Source: Candidatus Nanosyncoccaceae bacterium (GTDB lineage: Bacteria > Patescibacteriota > Saccharimonadia > Saccharimonadales > Saccharimonadaceae). From it: a stretch of DNA of 64,000 bases. Made by a program: the position numbers and the translations under genes. Within the stretch, counting starts at the first letter, position 1; each line of letters starts with the position of its first letter. The notes under the pieces were generated by a model, which had not been told where the DNA came from, ran no database searches, and worked only from the letters and a program-made list of their open reading frames with translations. The DNA lies in assembly GCA_050950465.1 (NCBI GenBank), contig JBMNHQ010000002.1:33670-97669 (forward strand). Direction: 5' to 3'. Shown here in pieces: positions 53,501 through 62,326 of this stretch.

Positions 53501-54737
53501 TGACGCTCTCTATGGTAAAACCATTGCGCAAATCACCGCTGGCAGCTCTCACACCTGCGCCCTCGACTCCGCTGGCCAAGCCTACTGTTGGGGATATAAC
53601 TACTATGGCCGGCTCGGCACCAAACAATCGGGCATCGACTTATCTATGCAGCGTTACACCCCCGCCTATGTCATGATGAAGTCCGATCCACTGGAAGTCA
53701 GCTTTGGCACTACAGCTGAACACACCGCCGGCACAGCTGGACTAGCCACAGCCGTCTCGTCCTTTGATGTTCCAACTGGTCAGTATTACATCCCAGGCAC
53801 CACTACACTAACCCTTAACACTCCAGCTCACTCTGCTGGTCCCGTAGCCGTAGTAGTAAAGAACGCTGATGGTCAATCCAGCTCTAACACCATTGCCGCT
53901 GACAACTCTAATAAGTACACCTACACCAGTGTCCCGGATAGCCCAACCAACCTAACCGCCAATGCTACACCAGTCACTAACCAAGGCATCAACTACAACA
54001 TCAATCTAAGCTGGACAGCACCAGTCAGTGATGGCTATAGTCCAATCACTGACTATCTCATAGAGTACTGCATTAGTAATAGCTCTGGTGTCTGTAACCC
54101 ATCTCCAGAAGGGGACTGGACTATCTACAATGATGGCACCAGCACTAATACCAGTACTACCATAAGCTCTCTCCCAGCTAGCCCATCAGCCTACTATACC
54201 TTCAGAGTCTCAGCTATTAACAACATCGGCACTAGCCAACCTAGTAACACTCCTACAGTCCAAACTAGCTTCATCACACTGTCTTCATCAGTTGACACTG
54301 TCACTATTAACATCAACCCATCAGCCAGTGGTAGTACTAATACCTTCTCATCCACTACCCATAATCTCATAGCCAACTCTAACACCAACTACAACATCAC
54401 ACTATCTATGCCTAGTACCACCCAAACTCTATCCAATGGCACTCACACCATTAACCCCACATCAGCTAATGCCTCCAATCCTCAATTAGACCTCCCAGCC
54501 AACACTTGGGGTTACCGACTCAATAACACTACCTTTGGCACCACTACTACCATAGAGACTAATGTCCCTAATAGCCAATACACTTGGGCTCAAGTTCAAC
54601 AGAGCACCACACCAGACCTCATCTACACTGGCACAGGCAATCACACCTTCCCAGTCTACTATGGCTTAAAGGCTAGCCACACCCAAGCCTCTGGTACCTA
54701 TACTGGCACTGTTACCTATACAGCTACGACGCAGTAG
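50574..54737 (+). CDS. Giant surface protein, copy 2, 3' part (rest of IPT2 with 7-blade propeller, IPT3 with 9-blade propeller, FN3, C-terminal domain)
   Basis: The frame is open from 50502. Translated from 50526 it reads EVTISGTNLDNFKFKQMAKSGG..., collinear with copy 1 (EVTITGINLDNMKWKQVAAGG...). The ATG at 50574 is internal and has no SD. Contains 16 CWG blades and an FN3 domain (about 53931-54262) with the LSWTAP tryptophan intact. Confidence 0.9.
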   Translation: MAKSGGPTNHNCVIGLDGWVYCWGRNESGQLGTGDTNSRSTPVAIQRGEIPADATIESLYIGGRHGCVITDAGDAYCWGENNSGQLGNGLSGGRGDSFDLGIDQSTPVAVQRGIIPTNVKFSQMALGGDASVNGSPPEHTCALDSAGQAYCWGYNYYGQLGTGNTTSSNIPVAVQSNDLGHALYGKTITQITAGYSHTCALDSAGQAYCWGNNYHGQLGTGVSGGVSYYYDDGIDFNVPVPIKANDPTDALHNKTITQVIAGRQHTCALDSDGKVYCWGYNNYGQLGTGNATDFNVPVPIKANDPTDALHNKTITQVIAGRQHTCALDSTGKAYCWGYNQYGQLGTGNSTSSNVPVSVKADQPTDVLYGKIITQITAGGYDTCALDSAGQAYCWGYNYYGRLGIGNNTSSNVPLLVKPGYLIYFGGTPTSLGLYPTGNNTKLTSIELKVISPAVSGPATVNITLHSTTTNTTYNTLNQVYTFISPPTPIITQVIPNAGSANGNTAIRATNLSNLKLADDFTQITAGGSHTCALDSDNKAYCWGGGYSGQLGTGNTNNSNVPVLVKADDPTDALYGKTIAQITAGSSHTCALDSTGQAYCWGHNQYGQLGTGDTTNSNVPVAVQSNDPTDALYGKTITQITASQHHTCATDSTGQAYCWGRNGFGQLGNGDTNDSNVPVLVEANNPTDALYGKTIAQITAGTSHTCALDSTGQAYCWGYNGSGQLGTGDTTNSNVPVAVQSNDPTDALYGKTITQITASQHHTCATDSTGQAYCWGRNGFGQLGNGDTNDSNVPVLVEANNPTDALYGKTITQITAGTSHTCALDSTGQAYCWGYNGSGQLGTGDTTNSNVPVAVQSNDPTDALYGKTITQITASQHHTCATDSTGQAYCWGRNGFGQLGNGDTNDSNVPVLVEANNPTDALYGKTITQITAGTSHTCALDSTGQAYCWGHNQYGQLGTGDTTNSNVPVAVQSNDLTDALYGKTIAQITAGSSHTCALDSAGQAYCWGYNYYGRLGTKQSGIDLSMQRYTPAYVMMKSDPLEVSFGTTAEHTAGTAGLATAVSSFDVPTGQYYIPGTTTLTLNTPAHSAGPVAVVVKNADGQSSSNTIAADNSNKYTYTSVPDSPTNLTANATPVTNQGINYNINLSWTAPVSDGYSPITDYLIEYCISNSSGVCNPSPEGDWTIYNDGTSTNTSTTISSLPASPSAYYTFRVSAINNIGTSQPSNTPTVQTSFITLSSSVDTVTININPSASGSTNTFSSTTHNLIANSNTNYNITLSMPSTTQTLSNGTHTINPTSANASNPQLDLPANTWGYRLNNTTFGTTTTIETNVPNSQYTWAQVQQSTTPDLIYTGTGNHTFPVYYGLKASHTQASGTYTGTVTYTATTQ
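50580..51830 (+). repeat. RCC1 propeller 2 of copy 2 (7 blades of ~58 aa, approximate bounds)
   Basis: Seven YCWG.N..G.LG.G motifs. The blades carry an extra DPTDAL(Y/H)(G/N)KTI segment not present in copy 1. Confidence 0.85.
52248..53639 (+). repeat. Tandem array of four 348-bp units (two RCC1 blades each) inside propeller 3 of copy 2
   Basis: The AATGTCCCAGT unit starts recur at 52248, 52596, 52944 and 53292, an exact 348-bp period. The two central units differ at only a few bases, and the flanking units are more diverged. Confidence 0.9.
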
Positions 54738-54805
54738 GGGGCTGGTCAGTCATGACTAAAAGTAGTAAAATAGGAGTGTTTCAGACAAATACCTAAAGGA
54801 GCAAA

Positions 54806-55192
54806 ATGGCGAAAGATTTAGAAATTAACGCAATTAAATACGAGCTTGATGAGCAAATTAAAAAATATGCTGATAAGAAGTTAAAAAAACTTTACGGTTA
54901 TTTGCCACGTCATGCTGGTAAAAGCGCTAAAATCAAAGTTAATCTAGAGAAATTATCTAAGAAGCGTGATGATCATTTTCAGGCGACCGTTGTTGTGACC
55001 GTCCCAGGGAAAACTCTGACTGCCAGTGGCAATGCTACTAATATGGCAGCTGCAATTGATATCGTACAATCTAAGATGCTCTCGCAAATTCGACGTTACA
55101 AAACCGAGACCATTCCTCAGCTTGGCAATCGAACTGAGTTGTTTGTTGGTCTAAAACGTCGATTATTTCGTGACCGCTCCAACGAAGGGTGA
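54806..55192 (+). CDS. hpf: Ribosome hibernation promoting factor / RaiA family (short form)
   Basis: The S30AE-family pattern: I....el.e.ikkY...Kl.kl......a.v.v.l.k........a.v.v.vpg..l.a. AAAGGAG SD. Ends in TGA. Confidence 0.8.
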   Translation: MAKDLEINAIKYELDEQIKKYADKKLKKLYGYLPRHAGKSAKIKVNLEKLSKKRDDHFQATVVVTVPGKTLTASGNATNMAAAIDIVQSKMLSQIRRYKTETIPQLGNRTELFVGLKRRLFRDRSNEG

Positions 55193-55296
55193 TTTTTAGT
55201 GGTTTTGGTCTTTAAAAAAATGGCCAAACACCGTATAATTAGACAGAGTAGAATTATTAAAGTTTAATTCAGAATTGGATGAAGGGTTAGGTACCG

Positions 55297-57921
55297 ATGG
55301 CTAGTGGTAGCAAAGTTCTAAATAAAATTTTTGGTGATCCGCAAAAACGGAAGCTAAAACAACTACAAGCAAAGGTGGATAAGATCAATAGCTTGGCGGA
55401 TAAATATGCCAAAATGTCAGATGCTGAGCTTAAAAAACAGACAGATGTCTTAAAGAAACGCCTAACTAAGAAAACGGTTACTTTAGATACAATCTTACCT
55501 GATGCTTTTGCCGTAGTACGTGAAGCTTCAGAGCGCATGCTCAAAATGCGACCCTTTGACGTTCAATTAATCGGCGGTATGGTGTTGCACGAAGGTAATG
55601 TCGCTGAGATGAAGACTGGTGAGGGTAAAACCTTGGTAGCAACTATGCCAATTTATCTCAATGCTTTGGAAGGTAAGGGTGTTCATTTAGTAACTGTAAA
55701 CGACTATTTAGCGCAGCGTGATGCTGGCTGGATGGGTAAAGTTTATAATTTTCTGGGTTTAAGTGTCGGCGTAATTATAAATGACGCCTCGTACATTTAC
55801 GATCCGTCCTATCATAGTGAGAAACACGACGATCCACGCATGAAGCCACTGAAGCCTTGCACGCGCAAAGAAGCTTATGATGCCGATGTGACTTACGGCA
55901 CTAATAATGAGTTTGGTTTCGATTACCTACGCGATAACATGGTTAATGATGTCAATTTGTTACGTCAGCGTGAGCTTAACTTTGCTATAGTTGACGAAGT
56001 TGATTCGATTTTAATTGACGAAGCTCGTACACCATTAATTATCTCAGCGCCAGCGGCCGACAATCCTGATAGCTATCGCCAGTTTGCTCGCATAGCTGCT
56101 CAGTTAGAGGGGGATGATTACGAATTAGATGAGAAGCATCGCAGTGTGGCTTTGACTGACAAGGGTGTAGAAAGAGTTGAGCAACTACTGGGAATCGACA
56201 ACTTATATAGTCCAGAGCACGTACGCTTGATTTATCATACTAATCAAGCCATCCGAGCCGAAACCTTGTTTAAGCGCGATCGAGATTACGTTGTTACCAC
56301 TGGTGGTGAGGTTATTATTGTTGATGAACACACTGGTCGTTTGATGCAAGGTAGGCGCTATAATGAGGGCTTACATCAGGCAATTGAGGCTAAAGAGGGT
56401 GTCAATGTTTTGCAAGAAAGTATGACTTTGGCGACGATTTCGTTCCAGAACTATTTTCGCTTATACAATAAACTCTCGGGTATGACCGGTACGGCTATGA
56501 CTGAAGCAGAAGAGTTTCAGCAAGTTTATGGCTTGGATGCCTTTGAGATACCACCAAATCGAAAGCTAGTCAGGATTGATCATGATGACCTGATTTACAA
56601 GACAGAAGATGGCAAATACCGCGCGATTGTTGAAGCGGTTAAAGAGCATCACAAAGCTGGTCGTCCAGTTTTAATTGGTACCGGCTCAATTGCTAACAAT
56701 GAATTACTTGCCTCCTATCTCGATAAGGCCAAATTGTCTTATGAACTGCTCAATGCTAAGAATAACGAGCGTGAGGCAGCGATTATAGCTAAGGCTGGTC
56801 AGAAGGGTGCAATTACTCTGGCTACCAATATGGCAGGACGCGGTACGGATATTGTTTTAGGGGAGGGTGTGCGTGAATTAGGTGGTTTGGTGGTGATTGG
56901 TTCAGAGCGTCACGAATCGCGTCGGATTGACAATCAGCTGCGTGGACGTGGTGGACGCCAAGGTGATCCAGGCGAAACTCAGTTTTTTGTTTCCACCCAA
57001 GATGATTTAATGCGGATTTTTCAAGGCGAGCGAATTTCAATGTTGATGGAACGCTTAGGTGTTGATGAGGATACTCCAATTCAAAACAAGGCGGTTTCTA
57101 AGACAATTGAGATGGCGCAAGCACGAGTTGAGGGATTTAACTTTGATACTCGTAAAAACGTAGTTCAGTACGATAACGTAATCAATCGTCATCGTCGTGT
57201 AGTTTATGGTATTCGTCGTAAGATCTTGGAAGGTGATGATATAAAACCAGAAATTACCCGTTTAATTCGTGAGAAAGCTGAAGAGTTGGTGATACTACCA
57301 GCTAAACTGAACCATGATTTTCAAGATAGTTTTGAGGCTCTAAGTGATAATCTAAGTGAGGCAAAAATCGCTAAAATTGGTGATATGGGTAAAGAGGTTG
57401 ATCGTCGTCGAGCAGCCAAAAAATTAATCCAGCAAGCCTATGATGATAAAGAGAAAGAGATTAGTGCTGAGATCATGCGTAAGGTGGAGCGTGAGGTTTA
57501 TCTACAGGTGCTTGATACGCTTTGGATGCAGCATCTGGAGAACATGCAGTATTTGCGTGAAGGTATTCATTGGCGCAGCATCGGTCAGCGCGATCCTCTA
57601 GTTGAATATCGTTCTGAATCACAGAAACTATTTAATGGTTTACAAATCAATTTACGTGATGAAGTTTTGGGTGTTATGTTGAACTTAACCAAGCAACAAA
57701 TTACACCTGGACTAACCGATGAGAAGTATCAGACCGAGCTGACTGATGCGGCCAAGGGGGCGGTTAGTAAGGGTGTTAATGAAATTTCTTCTGGTGAAAG
57801 AAACCGTGATGACGATTTTAAAAAGAAGCCTAGTCGGTCTAGTGCTAAAAGGGGTGGAACGAAGGTGGTGCGCCGAAAGAAAAAGGCGCAGCGGGCAAAA
57901 CGTAAAAAAGGTCGTCGCTAG
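55297..57921 (+). CDS. secA: Preprotein translocase ATPase SecA
   Basis: MKTGEGKTLVATMP (Walker A), DEVDSILIDEARTPLIIS (DEAD-like), TNMAGRGTDI, LRGRGGRQGDPG. The basic C-terminal tail has no Cys-rich zinc motif. Confidence 0.96.
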   Translation: MASGSKVLNKIFGDPQKRKLKQLQAKVDKINSLADKYAKMSDAELKKQTDVLKKRLTKKTVTLDTILPDAFAVVREASERMLKMRPFDVQLIGGMVLHEGNVAEMKTGEGKTLVATMPIYLNALEGKGVHLVTVNDYLAQRDAGWMGKVYNFLGLSVGVIINDASYIYDPSYHSEKHDDPRMKPLKPCTRKEAYDADVTYGTNNEFGFDYLRDNMVNDVNLLRQRELNFAIVDEVDSILIDEARTPLIISAPAADNPDSYRQFARIAAQLEGDDYELDEKHRSVALTDKGVERVEQLLGIDNLYSPEHVRLIYHTNQAIRAETLFKRDRDYVVTTGGEVIIVDEHTGRLMQGRRYNEGLHQAIEAKEGVNVLQESMTLATISFQNYFRLYNKLSGMTGTAMTEAEEFQQVYGLDAFEIPPNRKLVRIDHDDLIYKTEDGKYRAIVEAVKEHHKAGRPVLIGTGSIANNELLASYLDKAKLSYELLNAKNNEREAAIIAKAGQKGAITLATNMAGRGTDIVLGEGVRELGGLVVIGSERHESRRIDNQLRGRGGRQGDPGETQFFVSTQDDLMRIFQGERISMLMERLGVDEDTPIQNKAVSKTIEMAQARVEGFNFDTRKNVVQYDNVINRHRRVVYGIRRKILEGDDIKPEITRLIREKAEELVILPAKLNHDFQDSFEALSDNLSEAKIAKIGDMGKEVDRRRAAKKLIQQAYDDKEKEISAEIMRKVEREVYLQVLDTLWMQHLENMQYLREGIHWRSIGQRDPLVEYRSESQKLFNGLQINLRDEVLGVMLNLTKQQITPGLTDEKYQTELTDAAKGAVSKGVNEISSGERNRDDDFKKKPSRSSAKRGGTKVVRRKKKAQRAKRKKGRR

Positions 57922-57929
57922 GAGGTAAA

Positions 57930-59216
57930 TTGAAGCATCGAGTTTCCGAGGTTGTTTTAAAAAATGGTGCCCGCGGGCTTCTAATTGACGTGCCGGACGC
58001 TACAGTAATGGAGTTCGAGTTTCAATTTCGAGCTGGACATCGTCTGACGCGTTCCGAAAAGATCTATCAAACTGCCCATGTAATGGAGCATATGGCGTTT
58101 GGTGCTAATCGTGAGTTTGACAGTGAGCGTGAATTCACGACTGAATTCTCAAAAAATGGCGCTCGTCACAATGCCTACACCTCTGATTTCACAATGGGCT
58201 ATGTAGCATCTTGTGCGGATTTTGAGTGGGAGCGCATATTGCGACTACAGCAATTGGCAATCTGTTCACCTCAATTTAGTCAAGAGCAGCTCGAAGCAGA
58301 GAAGGGTAATATTCGTAATGAGTTGTCAGGCTTACTAATGCACGATGTAGTTCTGCTGTGGCCTCGACTCGAGCAGGCCTTGGGTGGTAAGACTATGACA
58401 TTAGAGGATCAGATTAAAACGATCGATAATATTACCTTAGATGACGTCGTTGAGCATCATACACTGACGCACACTATTCAAAATATGCGCTTTATCATCG
58501 CAGGGAAAATCACTGGCAGACGTAATCAAATTAAAAAAATCCTCGAATCATGGGAATTACCAGCAGGTGAGTGTTTGGAGATTCCTTTTGATGAATATCA
58601 GAGCAGCAAGCCAGTTTTTGTTTCACGTAGCGAATCAAAAAGTTTAACTTATGGTCTAACTATTTCACTGCCTCGGGTATTAACACAATCTGAACAGCAC
58701 GCACTGCGCGCTTTGAATCATATCCTGACAGGTACACTGTATTCACGTCTTTTTGGTAAGGCGCGTGAGCGAGGATTGACTTATAATATGCGTTTTAATT
58801 CGACCTTAAGTCATTATGAGACTTGTTGGGAGTTAAATGGTAAAGTAGTACCAGAAATGGCTGATGAATTGATCGATTTAATTGTTGCTGAGCTAAAATT
58901 GGCAGCTGAAAAGGGTGTGACTGACGATGAAATCGCCAACACTGAATCATATCGCTTAGGTGCTTTTCAGATGGGTCTTCAGACGGTTGGGGCGATTGTA
59001 GATTTCTATTCTGGAGCTTATTTCAGGAATGACGAGATCATCAATTACAAACAAATACCGGAGGCTTTCCGTAGCGTTACCAAGCGACAAATTAATAAGT
59101 TGCTGCGTGATTTCTTGACTAATGGTCGCTGGGTTTTCGGTGTAGTGGGTAATACGAACATGCGTTTAGTTCGTCGTAATAACGAGAAGTTTAAGGAGGT
59201 GTTGCTTAATGCCTAA
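57930..59216 (+). CDS. M16-family (pitrilysin/insulinase-like) zinc peptidase
   Basis: Inverted zincin motif HVMEH (HxxEH) near the N-terminus and a two-domain length. TTG start 5 nt after GGAGG. Confidence 0.8.
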   Translation: MKHRVSEVVLKNGARGLLIDVPDATVMEFEFQFRAGHRLTRSEKIYQTAHVMEHMAFGANREFDSEREFTTEFSKNGARHNAYTSDFTMGYVASCADFEWERILRLQQLAICSPQFSQEQLEAEKGNIRNELSGLLMHDVVLLWPRLEQALGGKTMTLEDQIKTIDNITLDDVVEHHTLTHTIQNMRFIIAGKITGRRNQIKKILESWELPAGECLEIPFDEYQSSKPVFVSRSESKSLTYGLTISLPRVLTQSEQHALRALNHILTGTLYSRLFGKARERGLTYNMRFNSTLSHYETCWELNGKVVPEMADELIDLIVAELKLAAEKGVTDDEIANTESYRLGAFQMGLQTVGAIVDFYSGAYFRNDEIINYKQIPEAFRSVTKRQINKLLRDFLTNGRWVFGVVGNTNMRLVRRNNEKFKEVLLNA

Positions 59217-60516
59217 AGCTATTGTGATTGCTGGTTATGGGCTAGAAGGGCAGAGTGCTTATAAGTATTTAAGTCGATTATATCCGTCGGCTAAGTTTAC
59301 GATTTATGATCAAAAAGCTACACCCAAGATGCCAATTCCAAAAGGGGTAGAGTTAGTTTGTGGCGATGAGGTTGACTTTGGAGCAATAAAAGCCGATATG
59401 ACTATTAGAACACCGTCGATTTCGCCTAAACGATTTTCTTCCGAGGCTCACGTAACTTCTGTGACGAATCTGTTTTTTGAGCGCTGTCCAGCGCCAATTA
59501 TTGGTGTGACCGGTACAAAGGGTAAGGGTACGACTTGCGGTTTGATTACCGCAATTTTACAGGCGGCAGGTAACACGGTGCATCTAGTGGGTAATATTGG
59601 TAAGCCAGCTCTAGATACCCTAAACCAAATAAAATCGACTGATATTGTAGTCTATGAGCTAAGTAGCTTTCAGTTGTGGGATATGCAATATAGCCCAAAA
59701 GTAGCAGTAGTTCTAATGGTTGAACCTGATCACTTAGACATACATATCGATCAAAAAGAGTATGTTGAGTCCAAGGCTAATTTGCCTCGCCTTCAAGGTC
59801 CGGGTGATATAACAGTTTGCCACCCAACCAATAAATTGTCGAATCAAATTGCTAAAACTAGTCAGGGTAAAATAGTCCATTATGGTGTCGTTGATGACGG
59901 TGGGGCCTATGTTAAATCGAACAATTTTTTTGTTCATAACCAGATGATATGTCCAGTAAGTGATTTGACGATTGTAGGACAACACAATGTTGAGAATGCT
60001 TGTGCAGCAATCACGGCTGTACTTAGTTTTACGTCCAGTTGGCCGGCTATAGCACGGGGTCTAAAAGATTTTACAGGCTTGCCGCACCGTCTAAAATATC
60101 TGCGCACTTTACGAGGCGTAGATTACTATGACGATAATTATTCCACTCAGCCCGAGGCAGCAATCGTGGCCGTACGTGCCATAACACAACCAAAGATTCT
60201 TATCGCTGGTGGTCACGATAAGGGGGCGGACTTTACCCACTTGGCGGATGAAATACAAAAATCCGGTTCGGTTAAAAAAATCTTATTAATTGGCGACACT
60301 GCTAACAAAATTAAAACGGCATTAGAGCGAGTTGGTTTCACAAAAACGGAAATAATTCAGGGGAAAAATCTGAAAGAAATTGTTGTTTTGGCGCAATCGT
60401 ATGCAACTTCTGGGGATGTGGTACTAATGAGCCCAGCTTGTGCTAGTTTTGGACTGTTTCGTGATGCAACTGATCGGGGTGAGCAATTTATTCAAGCTGT
60501 GGCGGAGCTAAAATGA
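59209..60516 (+). CDS. murD: UDP-N-acetylmuramoyl-L-alanine--D-glutamate ligase
   Basis: Mur ligase P-loop GVTGTKGKGTT, central domain DHLD, and C-terminal PHRLKYL...AGGHDKG. Confidence 0.9.
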   Translation: MPKAIVIAGYGLEGQSAYKYLSRLYPSAKFTIYDQKATPKMPIPKGVELVCGDEVDFGAIKADMTIRTPSISPKRFSSEAHVTSVTNLFFERCPAPIIGVTGTKGKGTTCGLITAILQAAGNTVHLVGNIGKPALDTLNQIKSTDIVVYELSSFQLWDMQYSPKVAVVLMVEPDHLDIHIDQKEYVESKANLPRLQGPGDITVCHPTNKLSNQIAKTSQGKIVHYGVVDDGGAYVKSNNFFVHNQMICPVSDLTIVGQHNVENACAAITAVLSFTSSWPAIARGLKDFTGLPHRLKYLRTLRGVDYYDDNYSTQPEAAIVAVRAITQPKILIAGGHDKGADFTHLADEIQKSGSVKKILLIGDTANKIKTALERVGFTKTEIIQGKNLKEIVVLAQSYATSGDVVLMSPACASFGLFRDATDRGEQFIQAVAELK

Positions 60517-61613
60517 GTTTAAAGCAGGTAGCTGAGGCAATCTCTGAGTTAAAAGCTGAGATTTTACAGGCGGTTGGCCAGTTAGAAATTGACGCCAAAA
60601 GTAAAGAATTGGAGTCTTTGGACGCTAGGGTGGCGGACAGTTCAATCTGGAATGATGTCGAAAAGGCTCAGGCTTTGATTCGAAAGACTAACAATTTACG
60701 AGCTCAGATTGAGCCTTGGCAGGTATTAAGAACTCAAATAGTTGATCTGGATGAATTATTAAAAGAGATGGCCGATGAGTCTTTAGAACAGGAATTTACT
60801 AGTCAATTAAAAGGCCTGCAAGAGGATTTTAAAAAACTTAAAACTGACCTGTTGTTTAGTGGCGAATACGATGATCATAATGTTATTTTAAAAATCAGTT
60901 CTGGCGCCGGTGGTACCGAAGCACAAGATTGGGCATCGATGCTAGAGCGAATGTATTTACGTTGGTGTGAACGTTCAAACGTTAAAGCAGAGCTGATTGA
61001 TCGAAGTGTTGGTGAAGAGGCGGGTATAAAAAGCGCCACTTATGGTTTGAGTGGTGTTAATGTTTATGGTCGAATGAGAGGTGAGCACGGTGTTCATCGC
61101 TTGGTTCGTTTAAGCCCTTTCAATGCTGATAATTTGCGACAGACTAGTTTTGCCTTAGTAGAGATATTGCCGGATATTGATACGCCAGATGAAGTTGTGG
61201 TTGCTCCAGAGGATTTAAAGATTGATGTTTTTCGAGCTGGCGGTCATGGTGGACAAAGTGTCAACACGACCGACTCAGCAGTGCGAATTACTCATTTACC
61301 AACAGGATTAGTAGTGGCGATTCAAAATGAAAGGTCGCAATTACAAAATCGTGAAAAGGCTATGCAGATTTTACGTTCAAAATTGATTCAGATGCAGCTG
61401 GAGCAGAGTGCAGCCAGTATTAGTGAATTAAAAGCAACTGAGTCGGCTAGTTGGGGAGCACAAATTCGTAACTATGTCATGCATCCATACACTATGGTTA
61501 AAGATACTCGTACGAAATATGAAGAAAAAGACGTGACGGCGGTGTTGGATGGAAAAATCAATGAGTTTATGATGCGTTATCTGGAGTGGTCGGTGGCAAA
61601 TAGCTTGAAATAA
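60513..61613 (+). CDS. prfB: Peptide chain release factor 2, encoded in one continuous frame (no programmed +1 frameshift)
   Basis: SPF motif in HRLVRLSPFNA and GGQ in [24 protein letters not shown]. The N-terminal domain is contiguous with the rest. ATGA overlap with murD. Confidence 0.93.
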   Translation: MSLKQVAEAISELKAEILQAVGQLEIDAKSKELESLDARVADSSIWNDVEKAQALIRKTNNLRAQIEPWQVLRTQIVDLDELLKEMADESLEQEFTSQLKGLQEDFKKLKTDLLFSGEYDDHNVILKISSGAGGTEAQDWASMLERMYLRWCERSNVKAELIDRSVGEEAGIKSATYGLSGVNVYGRMRGEHGVHRLVRLSPFNADNLRQTSFALVEILPDIDTPDEVVVAPEDLKIDVFRAGGHGGQSVNTTDSAVRITHLPTGLVVAIQNERSQLQNREKAMQILRSKLIQMQLEQSAASISELKATESASWGAQIRNYVMHPYTMVKDTRTKYEEKDVTAVLDGKINEFMMRYLEWSVANSLK

Positions 61614-61639
61614 GGCGCTTAAGCTTGGTACAATGAAAT

Positions 61640-62326
61640 ATGAGTATGATTTTATTCGATCGAGTTTCAAAAATCTACACTGGCGCCAGTGATGCTTCGC
61701 TTGACCGAATTAGTTTGCATGTCAAGGCTAAAGAGTTTGTGATTGTTATTGGAGCGAGTGGTTCGGGTAAGTCAACCTTGCTGAAATTAATTACACGTGA
61801 ACTTAAACCTAGTTCAGGAAAGATTGTAGTGGGGGGAATTGACTACGATAATTTAGCTGATCGTTACATCCCTTTGTTGCGTCGTCGGATTGGTGTGGTT
61901 TTTCAAGACTTTAAGCTTTTACCACATCGGACGGTTTTTGAGAATATTGCTTTTGGGCTAGAAATCGCTGGCCTAAGCAATCGCGAAATCAAGAGTGCTG
62001 TACCTAAAGTGATTGATTTAGTTGGTTTAACTGGGCAAGAAAAGGCCTTTCCGCATCAGCTATCGGGTGGCGAAAGACAGCGTGTAGCAATTGCGCGAGC
62101 AGTAGTGCGTCAACCAAAAATCCTTTTGGCTGATGAACCGACTGGCAACCTTGACCCAAAACATTCTTGGGATATTGTGAATTTATTAGAGAAAATTAAT
62201 GAATACGGCACAACGGTGCTTCTAACCACTCACAATGTTGAGATTGTTAACAAACTTAAGCGTCGAGTTATAACGATTGATGACGGTAAAATTGCTTCTG
62301 ACGAATCGGAGGGGACTTATCGATGA
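61640..62326 (+). CDS. ftsE: Cell division ABC transporter ATP-binding protein FtsE
   Basis: Walker A GASGSGKST, signature LSGGERQR, Walker B ILLADEP. Upstream extended -10 TGgTACAAT at 61626-61634. Confidence 0.92.
   Translation: MSMILFDRVSKIYTGASDASLDRISLHVKAKEFVIVIGASGSGKSTLLKLITRELKPSSGKIVVGGIDYDNLADRYIPLLRRRIGVVFQDFKLLPHRTVFENIAFGLEIAGLSNREIKSAVPKVIDLVGLTGQEKAFPHQLSGGERQRVAIARAVVRQPKILLADEPTGNLDPKHSWDIVNLLEKINEYGTTVLLTTHNVEIVNKLKRRVITIDDGKIASDESEGTYR

Noticed and set aside
60513-60620. Expected +1 frameshift site in prfB
   Set aside because: The N-terminal region is continuous in one frame, with no in-frame TGA and no CTTTGAC-like motif. The gene is unshifted.
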